Assembly: GCA_964016885.1 (NCBI GenBank)
Contig: OZ024740.1
Span: 193,564,001 to 193,628,000 of the forward strand
DNA from: Eledone cirrhosa
Taxonomy: Eukaryota
DNA length: 64,000 nt
Direction: 5' to 3'
Of this stretch, positions 1-12,380 are shown in pieces (position 1 is the first letter of the stretch; each line of letters opens with the position of its first letter). The translations under genes were made by a program, and so were the position numbers. The notes beneath the pieces were generated by a model. The model searched no databases. It saw only the letters and a list, made by a program, of their open reading frames with translations, and was not told where the DNA came from.

Positions 1-458
1 TACGAGCTATCAAGCATGTTCCCTAAAACGCGTTAGAATATTACAGGGTTGATTCGCAATGCAAGCAATTAATATACCCTTAAAATATTGGTATGAATCT
101 CAGAGTATCATCACTTTTTCATTACATCTAAGGTATTTTATCCTTTCAGAACGAAAATAATAATATCATAATAATAGGAATATATAAGACAATGATTGTA
201 CATTATTTCATTTTAAGCATTTTGTTTATAGCCTGAAATTCTACATGGTATTTCCTTCGTATTTCTACGAGTTAACGCAGATGTGCATAACAATTTAGAC
301 ATTCCATTGCATATGATTTTTCCTACAGAATCTCCAGCTACGGTATGTAAGTATGCAACTGTGGATTGTTTAGTCAAGTAATTTTCTCTAGGTGGCATAC
401 TTGTATCCATTTCTCCAAATTCACATTTGTTTTGATTTTAAATATTATGATATTAGGT

Positions 459-647
459 AATAATTGTTTCTACTGTTGGCACAAGGCCAGCAATTACCCA
501 GTGTATTACTGGTACTTTATTTTATCGACCTCATAAGGATGAAAGGCAACGTTAACCTCGGCGAGATTTGAACTCAGAATGGCAAGGGCCGTAACTCTAT
601 GCGTAAAAGTATGGCGTCCGACCCTCTACAGATACTGCCAATACACC
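459..647 (-). mobile_element. tRNA-derived SINE with Deu/Nin-like core
   Basis: Minus strand has a B-box (GAGTTCAAATC), the core GCCTTTCATCCTT..GGTCGATAAAATAAAGTACC and an AGTAGAAACAATTATT tail. The same sequence recurs at 16174, 27186, 35270 and 40598. Confidence 0.8.
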
Positions 648-849
648 AGGTAATAATGTTTGCAAATCTATTTCTACGTTTCAACATCTAACGAAGAATA
701 CAAAATATCAATGCATTGTAAAAACATATAGGTTATTGGATCAGACGATTCTAAACAGTTTCAAGACCAGTAGTGACCTGCAGTATGACAATATTTTTCT
801 GTAAACTCTCTCCCTCTCTCCCTCTCTGTATGTATATGATTATTTGTAG

Positions 850-1189
850 ATATGTATGTGTGATATAACACCTGCAACCCTGATGGTATCCAATGATGTT
901 GACTTGTTCTTCTTTTTGGTAAATATCATCTTGGTTAAGAGAGTGGGACTGGCTTTGTGCAGTGCCTTTGCTCACTATAAAAGCTTCATGGCACAGGCAT
1001 TGCTTTATATCTGGAGATCTCTCTGCACTTGTCGTCACATGGTACCATGGGCCCAGCACTATGTGTCAATAATTGTCACAAGTGTAGTGTTTGTACCAGA
1101 GTTGTCAAGTCGCTGGCTGGACTAAAATGTCACACTCGTTCAGCGCATCGGTAGGTGTTCTCCTACTCGAAAACGAGTTGGCAGCCACC
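850..1189 (+). mobile_element. RTE-clade LINE 3' end (C2H2-like C-terminus and 3' tail)
   Basis: One frame reads CHKCSVCTRVVKSLAGLKCHTRSAHR*, followed by the tail CTCGAAAACGAGTTGGCAGCCACC. A close copy lies at 38681-38938 on the minus strand. Confidence 0.55.
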
Positions 1190-1204
1190 ATATATATATA
1201 TATA

Positions 1205-1273
1205 TTGTATGTAAACTTACCCCTTTATATTTGTCCCCTTCTTTTGTGCCCCTGTGGCTAATAAAGAAACTTA

Positions 1274-1275
<2 letters not shown>
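1205..1275 (+). mobile_element. Severely 5'-truncated copy of the Tx1-like LINE 3' end
   Basis: Matches the reverse complement of 2600-2670 (TGCCCCTGTGGCTAATAAAGAAACTTATC) and runs into (TATC)n/(TC)n. Confidence 0.75.
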
Positions 1276-1360
<85 letters not shown>

Positions 1361-1405
1361 CGTAAAATAAGAAAATTATAAAATTAACTTACTTACTAAA
1401 ATATC

Positions 1406-1487
1406 ACTTCCAACTAATTAGTTTCTGGAATGGAGTAAATATATTTTCCGATGAAGATATATAGAAACATTCCGTCGTCAGGGAAGT
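1406..1487 (-). ncRNA. Type I hammerhead ribozyme
   Basis: acttcc-CTGACGA-cggaatg...cattcca-GAAACTAATTAGTT-ggaagt: 6-bp helix I, long helix II and palindromic helix III. Confidence 0.8.
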
Positions 1488-2249
1488 CTATTCTCAGATA
1501 AGTTTCCAGGCAAAGCGAGGACTCTGGAAACTTATTAAAAAATAATTCAGTGGATAGGAAATAGCAAAGCGTGGAGTGAATTCCTAGCTATTGAGAAACT
1601 CACTGCCTCTGCGTCTGTGGCAAATTCAAAAAGAATCAATCACGTGACATCGAGGTCAATCAGTGGAAAGTGGTTTGCTAATAAGACAGCGGCCTGCCTA
1701 CTACCATAGCATCAGTCATGGCCAATATTGCTCGACAAAAAATTTGGAGATAATTATAAAGAATTAATATCTAGTAACATATATATACATACAGATGCAT
1801 ATCAATGCTAGCAAATATATAGGTTTTGTCTTAGTAACATTATGGTTCAATGCATGGAGTTGCAGAACAATAATATGAGAGACGTCAAATAAGAAAATTA
1901 TAAAATTAACTTACTTACTAAAGTATATATATGTTACTAGATACTAATGTATATATATGTTACTAGATATTAATTCTTTATAATTATCTCCAAATTATTT
2001 GTCGAGCAATATTGGCCATTAGTGCTGCTATGGTAGTAGGCAGGCCGCTGTCTTATTAGCAAACCACTTTCCACCGATTGACCTCGATGTCACGTGATTG
2101 ATTCTTTTTGAATTTGCCACAGACGCAGAGGCAGTGATTTTCTTAATGGCTAGGAATTCAGTCTACGCTTTGCTATTTCCTATCCACTGAATTATTTTTT
2201 AATAAGTTTCCAGAGTCCTCGCTTTGCCTGGAAACTTAGCTGAGAATAG

Positions 2250-2331
2250 ACTTCCCTGACGACGCAATGTTTCCATATATCTTCTTCGGAAAATATATTT
2301 ACTCCATTCCAGAAACTAATTTGTTGGAAGT
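2250..2331 (+). ncRNA. Type I hammerhead ribozyme (inverted copy)
   Basis: acttcc-CTGACGA...cattcca-GAAACTAATTTGTT-ggaagt. Confidence 0.75.
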
Positions 2332-2505
2332 GATATTTTAGTAAGTAAGTTAATTTTATAATTTTCTTATTTTACGTCTCTCATATTATTGTTCTGCAAC
2401 CCCATGCATTGAACCACAATGTTACTAAGACAAAACCTATATATTTGCTAGCATTGATATGCATCTGTATGTATATATATGTTACTAGATATTAATTCTT
2501 TATAA

Positions 2506-2566
<61 letters not shown>

Positions 2567-2599
2567 TATATATATATAGAAAGAGAGAGATAGATAGAT

Positions 2600-5500
2600 A
2601 GATAAGTTTCTTTATTAGCCACAGGGGCAGAAAAGAACAGGACAAATACAAACGGGGAAGTTTACATACAATAAAAACGTGTAAAATGTTATCACAAATG
2701 CAATTTAAAAGGTTAGTCGATTTTCCCCAATAGTTTATATGGGTAACACATACCCCCGAAAAAATGTGCAACCCTCATCTCCAGGAGTACGAAGAGTTTG
2801 TACTCCTTTCCTCTCCTCCTCCTTTTCCTCAACCTACAGGCTGATATAGAGAGAAGGCCCATTCACTCGGGCCATTCTCGACACTTTCACCCACCTTTCA
2901 TAAAACTTGCTGGGGTACAGCACCTCTCTCTCCATCCTGATTATTCTTCCAAAATGGTATTTGAAAAAAAGAATCATTGTTGGCCGGAGAGAAAGGTGTC
3001 TGACCTCAGCCCTTTCAACCTTGTCCACCATACAACCTTTTTCGCCATAGCTATCACACAAAGGAAAACCGCCTCTCCTTCGCTTTTGAAGGAGGGTGGC
3101 GGTTTGATCATGACAATGGACTCGGTGGTCAACCGGATTGGTCCCACCCGGGACAATAGTCGTTCTACATAGCCCCACAGGTCAGTGACACCCGGGCAGT
3201 GTATGAATGCGTGCGCGATGGTTTATTTGTCTCGCACGCACCTCGGACAGATCTTTTTTGCAGGGTCCCTGCGCGCGCCCATGTCTGTAGAGCTTGTCTC
3301 GAACTGGTAGAGCTCCTTGGTAGCACTGCCAGGCCAGGTAGCACTGCCAGGCCAAGGACTTTTGGAAGTTGTCCATGGGTCCCGGGCGGAAGGTCCTACC
3401 GAACAGACTGGCCAGTTCATCTACCTCTAAGCCTAGAGTTTCACCGAGTGCGCCGTCGCACTTGCTGCGGATCAACCCTCTATAGAATGACGAAATGGAG
3501 TCTCCACTGATCGCCGGGTCCGCCTGCCTGAGGGCTGTGAACACCTGAGCACATTCGATGTGCCTGTTCCCCAGTTTCCTCGGTCTTTGCTTGACCCAGG
3601 ACTGCAGCTAGGTCAGCGAGACGAGTCATGGGAAGGCTCGCCTCATGAATGGGGCCCACACCGCATGTCCGGTGAGGAATACGTAGAGATGCCGCAGCCT
3701 GAGCGCGTGTTTGCGCATCGTCAACCACGGCATCCCCAGCCCTCCGTTAGAAGGGTGTTGGCAGCAGATGGATCTTCTCACCAAAGGATCCCGCCTCTTC
3801 CAAAGGAATTGGAAGAGCGCGCGTTCCATTTTGGCGAGCGTTTTGGCTGGACAAGGCACTACGGTCAAGCGGTAGTAGATGGTGGACGCTATAAAAGTGT
3901 TCTCCACCTCCGCTCGACCTTTCAAGGATAGTTTGCAGTCAGGCCCACTTCTGGGTGAGTGCAAACACCTTGGCCGTCACTTCGTTCCAGTTCTTCTCTA
4001 CCTGGAGGTTCGAACCAAACCAGACCCCGAGCAGCTTTACCGGTCCTTCCGTCCAGCGTCCGACGACGCCATCGGAAGGCATCGGTTTGCCTCTCCACGA
4101 TCCGAGTTGCAAACCGATGGACTTGTCCCGGTTCAGCTTCGCTCCTGTGAAACTTCCGTATCCTTCAGTAAGGTGCCGACTTCCTCGATTTCCGAGGTGC
4201 TCGACACCATTACTGGCACGTCGTCGGCGTAGGCCGACGCCGCTTTCCGCAGACCCGGTTCCAGAGGGATGCCCTGCAATAGCTCCAACTTCCGCAGTAG
4301 TGGCTCGAGAGTCAGTAAGTACAGAAGAGAGGAGAGAGGGAATCCCTGTCGAATGGATCGCGTAATATGGAACGGCTCCGAGAGGTTACCGTTCACCTTG
4401 ACCCTTGAGCAGATGTTGCTGTTGTTCATTGCAGCAATCCAGCCCCTGAACACGGGTCCGAAGCCTGCCGCCTCGAACACCGCATCCAGGTAACGATGAT
4501 CAACCTATCGAAAGCCTTAGACTGATCCAAGTTGATCTGGGCCCCACCGAAGCCGGGTTTGCATCCTACTCTCTCTATGATGTATCGCATGAGGTGGAGG
4601 TTGTCGTGTATGAACCTGGTCGGGATTGCGCATGTCTGCGCTTCTCCCACTAGGTTTCCGACAACAAGCACCAGCCTCTTTGCCAACACCTTGGCCAAAA
4701 TCTGTAACTCTGTGTTTAGCAGAGTTATGGGCCGGAAGTTGCCTATGTCATCCCCCTTATTCTCGTCCTTCCTGATTAGTGTGACTACGCCCCCGGTTAC
4801 ATAACTGGAAATTATCCCGTTCTGTTGCCAGTTGCAGTAGACCGCTTCCAGGAGACCGGAGAATAAGTCCGGCATTGCTACGTAAAATTCGTAGGGTAGA
4901 CCGTCGAGACCTCGAGATTTGCGTTTGCCGCATTGGCTCAGCGCGTCCCCTATCTCAGCGGCTGAAATCGGCTTTTCGCAGAACTTTGCCTCGCTGTCCG
5001 AGAGTCGCGGTAGGCCGTCGAGGTATGAACCGAAATCCATAGCCCCTCCCGGCGCGCCGCCCCGCCCGAACGGTTGAGCAAAGTGCCACTGAAAGGCCGC
5101 ACACATCTGCTTCGGCTCATATATCACGCGTCCGTTTTGGTCCTTCAAAGACCGAATCGTGGACTTCTTGCCACTTTTTCCCTCCGTCACTCGGGCCCAG
5201 CTAACAGCTTTGGCTCCCTCGTTTCCCAGAGCACGTATTTTGCTTCTGACGACGCAGCCCTCGTGCTTTGCGTCGAAGAACGGGTCCAAGTCCGTTCTCG
5301 TTGCTAGCACGCTGGTCACGTTGCCACTTCTAATTGCCTCTTCTACTTTATCTACCAGTTCCTTCGCGGTTCTATTTCTATCTAACGCTAATTATTTACT
5401 AAAATCTAAGGAGTCTAATCTAACTGCCCTCTTGAGAGAGTACCACCATCTGTTGTTGACAATGGCCCCTGTCAAGTGCTGTTTAACTAAAGTGCTAATC

Positions 5501-8063
5501 CGTCTACTGTAGGCTTTGCTTGTCGGTAACGACAAGTTCAGCTTCCAGTAGCCGGGTCCTTGTCTATGGGTTCTATCAAGGTTGGCCATGCAGGTCACTA
5601 GTTTGTGATCTGAATAGGCAACCATGAACATTTGTGGGCACGTTAACATGTCCCTATCCTTATTTCTAACTAGATCCTATCTAGGTACGATCTAGATGTT
5701 CCGCTGCGATTAGTCCACGTCCACAGTGGCGCAGTCGGAAAATCTAGTCAATATCTATCGGCCAGGTCAAATCGGGACATGCTCCCACATTATCGGGACA
5801 TGCTCCCACGCAGTCCCAACGTGCATCTAGGATTCCATTCCAGTCCCCCACTAAAAGCAAGGAGCGGGACGTCTGAAGAAGTCTAGCCGCGGTGTCCCGG
5901 ATGGGGCATAAGCGGCCACCAGCCTGAAGGCTCCACCTTCACTACCGTCAACGTCCAGGACCACCAGTCGACCCTGCGGGTCCAGATGTACCGTCTGTGT
6001 TACGAGGCCCAGGTGTTTCCGCAGCAAAACGGCAACTCCGCCCCCACCCCCCTGGTTGACAGAGAGATGCGTAGATCTCAAAGTCATCGAAGATGGGGGC
6101 CAGCTGTCGCTCGCTGTGGATCCTGGACTCGCAAATGGCTACCACATCCATACTGTGCGACCTGAGGTCGTTTAAGAGTTTGCCCTGTTTCCAGGGCATC
6201 CCCAGGCCGCGTACGTTCACACATCCAACTCTTATATTGGCTATGTTGGTGCTCAAAGGTTAAAAGAGGAAAAGAGATCACTCTCCCTTCGTCTCCTGGG
6301 GACCATGCCGCACGATTTCCATGGGGGTGTTGGAGGGGTTGTCTGGATGGGTGGTGGTTTCCGGCGGGGTGGGAACGGAGATGGTTGGTGGGGTGGGGTC
6401 TGGTGGGATGGGGGTGTCTGGGGGTGGGGAGACATTTGAGAAGGACGCGGTTAAGTGGTTTGACGCAGGAATTCCCCACATCCTCAAATGTTTCTTTTAG
6501 GGACCTATAAGTTTGTATAGGGACCCTAATCAGTTTTAGGTTCAGTTTTTTGTTATTTTTAATAGAGTGGGCGAAAGATTTCCTTTCGGTTTTCACCGAA
6601 GGGTCGTTCGTGATGGTCTCCATTAGTGTTTTGTTTTCAGTGTTTATGTAAGTGTAAGTGTAATTTTCTTGTGTTGTGTTTGTTTTTGTCTGTAGTTCTT
6701 GTGTGTGCTTTCATTTTGTTGTAGGCATTTTGTTTAAAGGAGGTGGGGGTTTTGTTTGTGATGTTTTTGTTGTTTGTGTTGGTGGTTGTATGTTTGTGGT
6801 AGTGTTTGCTGGTTTTTTGCTTTTGTGATGTCTTTTCTTTCTTTTCGAGCGATGGGATTCTCCCTCGTCTTCACTGGGTGATGGCGAGATAGCCTCATAT
6901 GTTGTATCTTCTGTGTGATTGGAGAGTCGTATGTCTTGGGGAGCTTTTGTGTCTGTATGTGTGTTTGCAGTGGTTTTAGGTGGAGTCGGGTTGGGTGGGA
7001 CTGTGTTTGTTGTGGTTATTTTTGTGTGTTGGTGTTGTTGTTGTTGTGGTGGTGTTGGTGGTTGTGTTGTTTTGATGGGTGTCGGCAGAAGAGCCTTTTT
7101 TTTTACTCATTAATTTAGGACAGAAGGCCTCAGGTGACCCTTACTAAAGCAATGGTAACATGAAGGCCGCCTACCCTCAACCGAAATCTTTATGTAGGTG
7201 AGTCCGTCCAGGAGTACACGGTGTGGGATCATAGCTATTCGCTCTGGGCTCATTTCCACCAGAACTGCAATTGTCTTAAAAACTATCGTTTTGAGAGCAA
7301 TTTCCTTGCGAATTTCTACCGGAGAATTGATGCTGAAATACCACTTTTTTCGAAAGTGACATATCTCCTAGCGTTCTTTAAAAGTTGTTCGGCATTTGTT
7401 ATGTCGAGATATGTCAGTTCCTCCTTTTTCTGAACTGTCTGTGCAAAGGAGATTTGGTTTCTTTGTGGAATTATCCGTGTTGGTGGTGTTGTCATTATTG
7501 TTGTTATTCTTGTTGTTATTCTTGTTGTCACCAATGTTGATATTATTCGTATTTTCCTTGGTGTTGGTGTTGGTGTTGTTGTTATCTTTGATGCTGGTGT
7601 TATTGGTGTTGTCTTTATTTTTTTCTTTGTTGTTGTTATCATTGTTGGTTTTATCATCATTATTGGTGTTGCTGTTATTTTTGTTATCATTGAACTGTTT
7701 GGTGTCATTTGTTTTTACATTTTCATTTCGTCTTTCCATCTCTATAGTATCTATTGAGAAGGAAAGGGAAGAAGACGATGTTGACTGCGAGCACTGTAGT
7801 CTTACCGACTCTCCACCACCATTATCGTTGAACGCAGCGTTCATAACGTAATCAACCTTATAATTTATTTTTTTTCAAAATTCGATGGAGAAAACATTTT
7901 TCAAACGAATATTTCGCCCCTGTAGGCGCGAACATGAGATGACCCACCACCTGAGGATCCAGACGGTAGGTCAAGTTACACGATGATATAAAATTTAACT
8001 GAAAACTCACGCTTTTTTCTTACATAAATTAACGGAAACTTCTCCGCGAAGTTACACACGTCT
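2600..8063 (-). mobile_element. Near full-length, frameshifted Tx1/L1-clade LINE
   Basis: ORF1 has an Asn-rich N-terminus and a zinc knuckle (VEGRRPSCYHCFSKGHL, about 7125-7185). ORF2 has an APE endonuclease (CVNVRGL, VAICES, YAPSG, SDHKLV), RT (FRPITLLN, LDQSKAFD, RQGFPLSSLL, AYADDV) and a Cys-rich C-terminus. The 3' end has AATAAAG. Confidence 0.92.
2834..6256 (-). pseudogene. LINE ORF2 (AP endonuclease + reverse transcriptase), disrupted
   Basis: ORF fragments 5948-6256, 5851-6087, 5392-5649, 4426-5319, 4133-4480, 3626-3964, 3182-3544 and 2834-3178 are collinear with a Tx1-type ORF2. Confidence 0.9.
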
Positions 8064-8141
8064 GATAGAGAGATAGATAGATATATAGATATACATGTAT
8101 GTAAGTGTGTGTGTGTGTATATATACATATATATACATGTA

Positions 8142-8232
<91 letters not shown>

Positions 8233-8457
8233 GTATGTATGTATGTATACCTATATACATATATGTATACAGACGTACAGTATTATGTATATATATATAC
8301 ATACATGCACACACATATATATATATGCACGTATCGGTTTACCGAACATTTATTATAATGCTAGGTTTGTTTGTTTGTAAACAAACAAACAGCCCGAATT
8401 ACGCCGTACAGTGTTTAGGCAACCACTTTACCTTTTTGTTCAACACTGACACAGGAA

Positions 8458-8498
8458 CGATGTACTAGTTTCAAGGTTATTAGCTATCGTCAGCATCG
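8458..8498 (-). ncRNA. Minimal type I hammerhead ribozyme
   Basis: cgatg-CTGACGA-tagctaataacctt-GAAACTAGTA-catcg. Confidence 0.8.
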
Positions 8499-8850
8499 TA
8501 TACTTTCCTGCCAGATGGTTGAATGTCTGAAAGTATGCATATTAACGGCTGAGCAGCTTAATTTGCATATCGAGTGAGTTCAGTCGGTCGGCAATCCGAA
8601 AACGATAAATGGAATAGAATAAAACGAAATTTCATTTCTCACTCTTATAATACGGCACTTACTTAAATGTAAGTATGTATACGTACATACATATATGTAT
8701 ACAGACGTACAGTAGCATGTATATATATAGATACATGCACACATATATATATATGCACGTATCGGTTTACCGAACACTTATTATAATGCTCGGTTTGTTT
8801 GTTTGTAAACAAACAAACAGCCCGAATTACGCCGTACAGTGTTTAGGCAA

Positions 8851-8891
8851 TGATGCTGACGATAGCTAATAAGCTTGAAACTAGTACATCG
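8851..8891 (+). ncRNA. Minimal type I hammerhead ribozyme
   Basis: tgatg-CTGACGA-tagctaataagctt-GAAACTAGTA-catcg. Confidence 0.82.
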
Positions 8892-9018
8892 TACCTGTGT
8901 CAGTGTTAAACAAAAAGGTGACGTGGTTGCCTAAACACTGTACAGCGTAATTCGGGCTGTTTGTTTGTATACAAACAAACAAACCGAGCATTATAATAAA
9001 TGTTCGGTAAACCGATAC

Positions 9019-9101
<83 letters not shown>

Positions 9102-9244
9102 TGTGTGTGTGTGAATGTATGTATATATATACATACTACTGTACGTCTGTATACATATATATATGTACGTATACATACATATATACTTTCATTTAAGTAA
9201 GTGCCGTACTAAGAGTGATAAATGAAATTTTGTTTCATTCTATT

Positions 9245-9327
<83 letters not shown>

Positions 9328-9747
9328 TACAAAGAGAGACGGAGGGAGAAAGAAAGAATGAGAGTGGGAGAGATATTATTGAAATACTGTCATATTACAG
9401 ACACACAGAGGTGACGATCTTAGTTATGAGACATTAACACCTATTAATGCCCAATTATCTCCTGTTAAGAGGACTTATATGACCTATTATTTCAACTATT
9501 TTACGATAATAACAAATTCTGACGACGCTTTAACTTTCTCATAAATTTCGCACATCGTTTCTAAACACACGTTACTTTGTTTGATTGACGTTATGTATGT
9601 ATAGCTTCAAAATAAGTTAATAAAATGGGACGGGGCTTTGATGTAATGACACCATTTTTTGCCGGGATGCATTTTCCGTGTTACAACAGAGCAACGATAA
9701 CTGAAACTACTGGCGTTTTTGGCATAAGTCACAAAATGGTATATATA

Positions 9748-9841
<94 letters not shown>

Positions 9842-9885
9842 GTGGCGAAACATAAGTCAATTGCATGAACTCATAATCCATTATT

Positions 9886-9943
9886 TACTGCTATATATAT
9901 TTCGATGATAGCCATTGAATGTCTATGACCTCATCAGGCAGTT
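9886..9943 (-). ncRNA. Type I hammerhead ribozyme at the 3' end of a Penelope-like remnant
   Basis: actgc-CTGATGA-ggtcatag...ctatcatc-GAAATATATATA-gcagt. Confidence 0.75.
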
Positions 9944-11061
9944 AGTCAGTTCTTAGATATGTCAGCTCTGTGTTTATGGTGTTGATCGTATCAGAGCCTT
10001 GGGACATATGAGCTTGTTAGGGATGATTTAAGGTTGTCATCAGGAATAATCTTAATTCTCATTGGTCAGTTTGTTGATGGTAGTAGGGTTGGTATTTGAC
10101 CTCAAAGAGGCAGTTGGTGTTGTAAAGTGCAAACCGTCAGGCAAGATGACAATAGTTCCATATGACTGATTTTCAGGAAAAGCATTCCTGGTCAGATATA
10201 TATTCAATTGAGGTTTATAGTATGAAAATCGATACTACAGGTAATTCTTAAATTGAGGTCGTTATGTGGGGTGGTACTACTGAAATTATGGTTAGAGTAG
10301 AATACTAGAACATTTACATATAAACAGACTCATGTTGATTGACTTGCACATACACTCCCAACCACCCCACAGTCACACACACACATCCACACATACAAAT
10401 TGAGGAATTTATTTGGGGTGGTAATAGTGAAAATTATGGTTAGAGTCAAATACTTAGAAAGTTTACAAATAAAAAGACTTATGTTGGTTCACTTGTACAT
10501 ACACTCACAGCTACCCCTACAGATACACACACACATCTACACACACAAATCCATACAGGTGTATATATATATATGTATGTACGCACAAGTGCATACATAT
10601 ATACAACAGAGGCCCTCGAATCCAAGTATAAGGCAGACATAAAACGAGGTGGGTGTTATATTTAAAGAAAAGTAAAGTGGGTGTTTGGAAAAGTTATTGT
10701 TTTGACTAGACACAAGTAGAGTGTGATATATATCTTCACAGCAACAGCTTGGGGGTTTGGAGCTTAGGTGAATCCCTTAGTACAGACATATATACCCCCC
10801 ACACTTTTATACCGCTGGATGCGTGTGTATGTCTATATCCACATGTGCACTCATACAAGAGAGCATATACAAATATACTCTTAAGCATACACTCGAACAT
10901 TTTTCAAATGCAACCTGGGGTATTAGTATTTCGTTGCGTTCACATGAGTGTGTACATTCACGTAATTCCAGTATACACACACAACGCACGACGCACGGTT
11001 GCGGGCACTCATCCATGCCTATATGGTTAGTACCTTAGGATAATTGTTCTTCCTGTGTGGG

Positions 11062-11104
11062 CCACTCCGGCGGGGGGGGGGGGGTCCTCAGGTTCAATAA
11101 ACGT

Positions 11105-11168
<64 letters not shown>

Positions 11169-11202
11169 ACGTTTATTGAACCTGAGGACCCCCCCAGAGT
11201 GG
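11062..11202. repeat. Inverted repeat around (TA)n
   Basis: GGGGGTCCTCAGGTTCAATAAACGTGGTTTA-(TA)n-TAAACCACGTTTATTGAACCTGAGGACCCCC. Confidence 0.85.
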
Positions 11203-11203
11203 C

Positions 11204-11700
11204 GTTGATTTTGTATTTTACATTTAAAAAATAGGTGGTTCAATTTGCGAGAGGAGAACAATTTGTAGATTCGAATATTTTGCTCAGCATTGAAAATGTT
11301 TTCAGAATATTGTTAATTTAGCGAAGTTATATAGATTATCGTACATAATATGTTTATGTTTGCACGATTGAGAAAGGAAAGCTAACTCTAATTTTGTTTG
11401 TTAACCGTTAAATTTGATGAGCGATTAACTCAGAAAATATATAGAGAAAATTATATATTATTTTGTGTGAGATTAATTATTTTAGTCAAAAGATGTGTGA
11501 AAGTTTGAATATCAAAAAGAGAGGAAAAACATGTGCTTTTCGATGAACTATCGTAAAGAGGATACATTTTCAGAATGTCAATTAAAGATTATCAATCTAC
11601 ATCTAAAAAGATATATTTAGAGGTGTGTGATTAGAAAAATAATGTCAGAATTAAAAATATTAAAAAATGTATATATTAAAAAAAAGCAATGTCAAAAAGT
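11204..11700. repeat. Dispersed repeat also present at about 54897-55370
   Basis: Both start GTTGATTTTGTATTTTAC..AAAAATAGGTGGTTCAATTTG and stay collinear for about 450 bp. Confidence 0.75.
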
Positions 11701-12186
11701 AAAAATATTAGAAATATTAAAAAAATTAGAAAGTGTGTAAGCACATCAAATATTGATACCTTTTAAAATTATTAATCTTCCTTGTATATATTTCATTAAA
11801 GAAATATATTTCACCATTAATCAGTACATCCCAGTTTTCAAAATCTGATTTTCAACAAGGGAGAAGATTTAACTATCTGTGTTTACACAGAAAATTCAAA
11901 TCTGCGAATGACCCGTTCCACGTATTGCATTTTTTTATAAATACACACATCGTACCAGCATCGTCCAAATGGCGTGAATATGATTTCCGATATATATATA
12001 TATATACATATAAGTATATATTTATATATATGTATATATATATATTTGCCAGGGAACGTCTTGGATTTTAGATATATTAGAAAGTGAGGGTTTTGTTTAT
12101 AAAATGAAATATAACCTAGGTGTCCTACACGAGTGAACGTATAAAGAAAAAAAGATGAAATTGAAAATGCAACTGGAGTCTTATTA

Positions 12187-12380
<194 letters not shown>

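Larger units (their letters stand above)
1351..2505. mobile_element. Head-to-head inverted pair of 522-bp hammerhead-containing units (retrozyme or Penelope pLTR-like)
   Basis: Left arm 1351-1922 is one unit plus about 47 bp of redundancy (ATGAGAGACG at 1353 and 1875). Right arm 1948-2505 is the inverted unit plus about 35 bp of redundancy. Both ends abut (TA)n. Confidence 0.8.
8231..9248. mobile_element. Head-to-head array of ~428-bp hammerhead-containing units (same family as 29803-31993)
   Basis: About 1.4 units in one orientation (8231-8850), then an inverted arm from 8851. Clearly homologous to the 422-bp unit and flanked by (TA)n. Confidence 0.82.

Noticed and set aside
7396-7851. Leu/Val-rich membrane-protein-like ORFs (also 16504-17052)
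   Set aside because: They are antisense shadows of the Asn-rich Tx1 ORF1 tracts.
7940-7975. HDV-like ribozyme at the Tx1 5' end
   Set aside because: It forms only a simple hairpin, with no P2/P3 pseudoknot.
9510-9582. Further hammerhead-like relics (also about 33680-33760, 34930, 41776-41826 and 42680-42715)
   Set aside because: Cores or helices are too degenerate to call individually.
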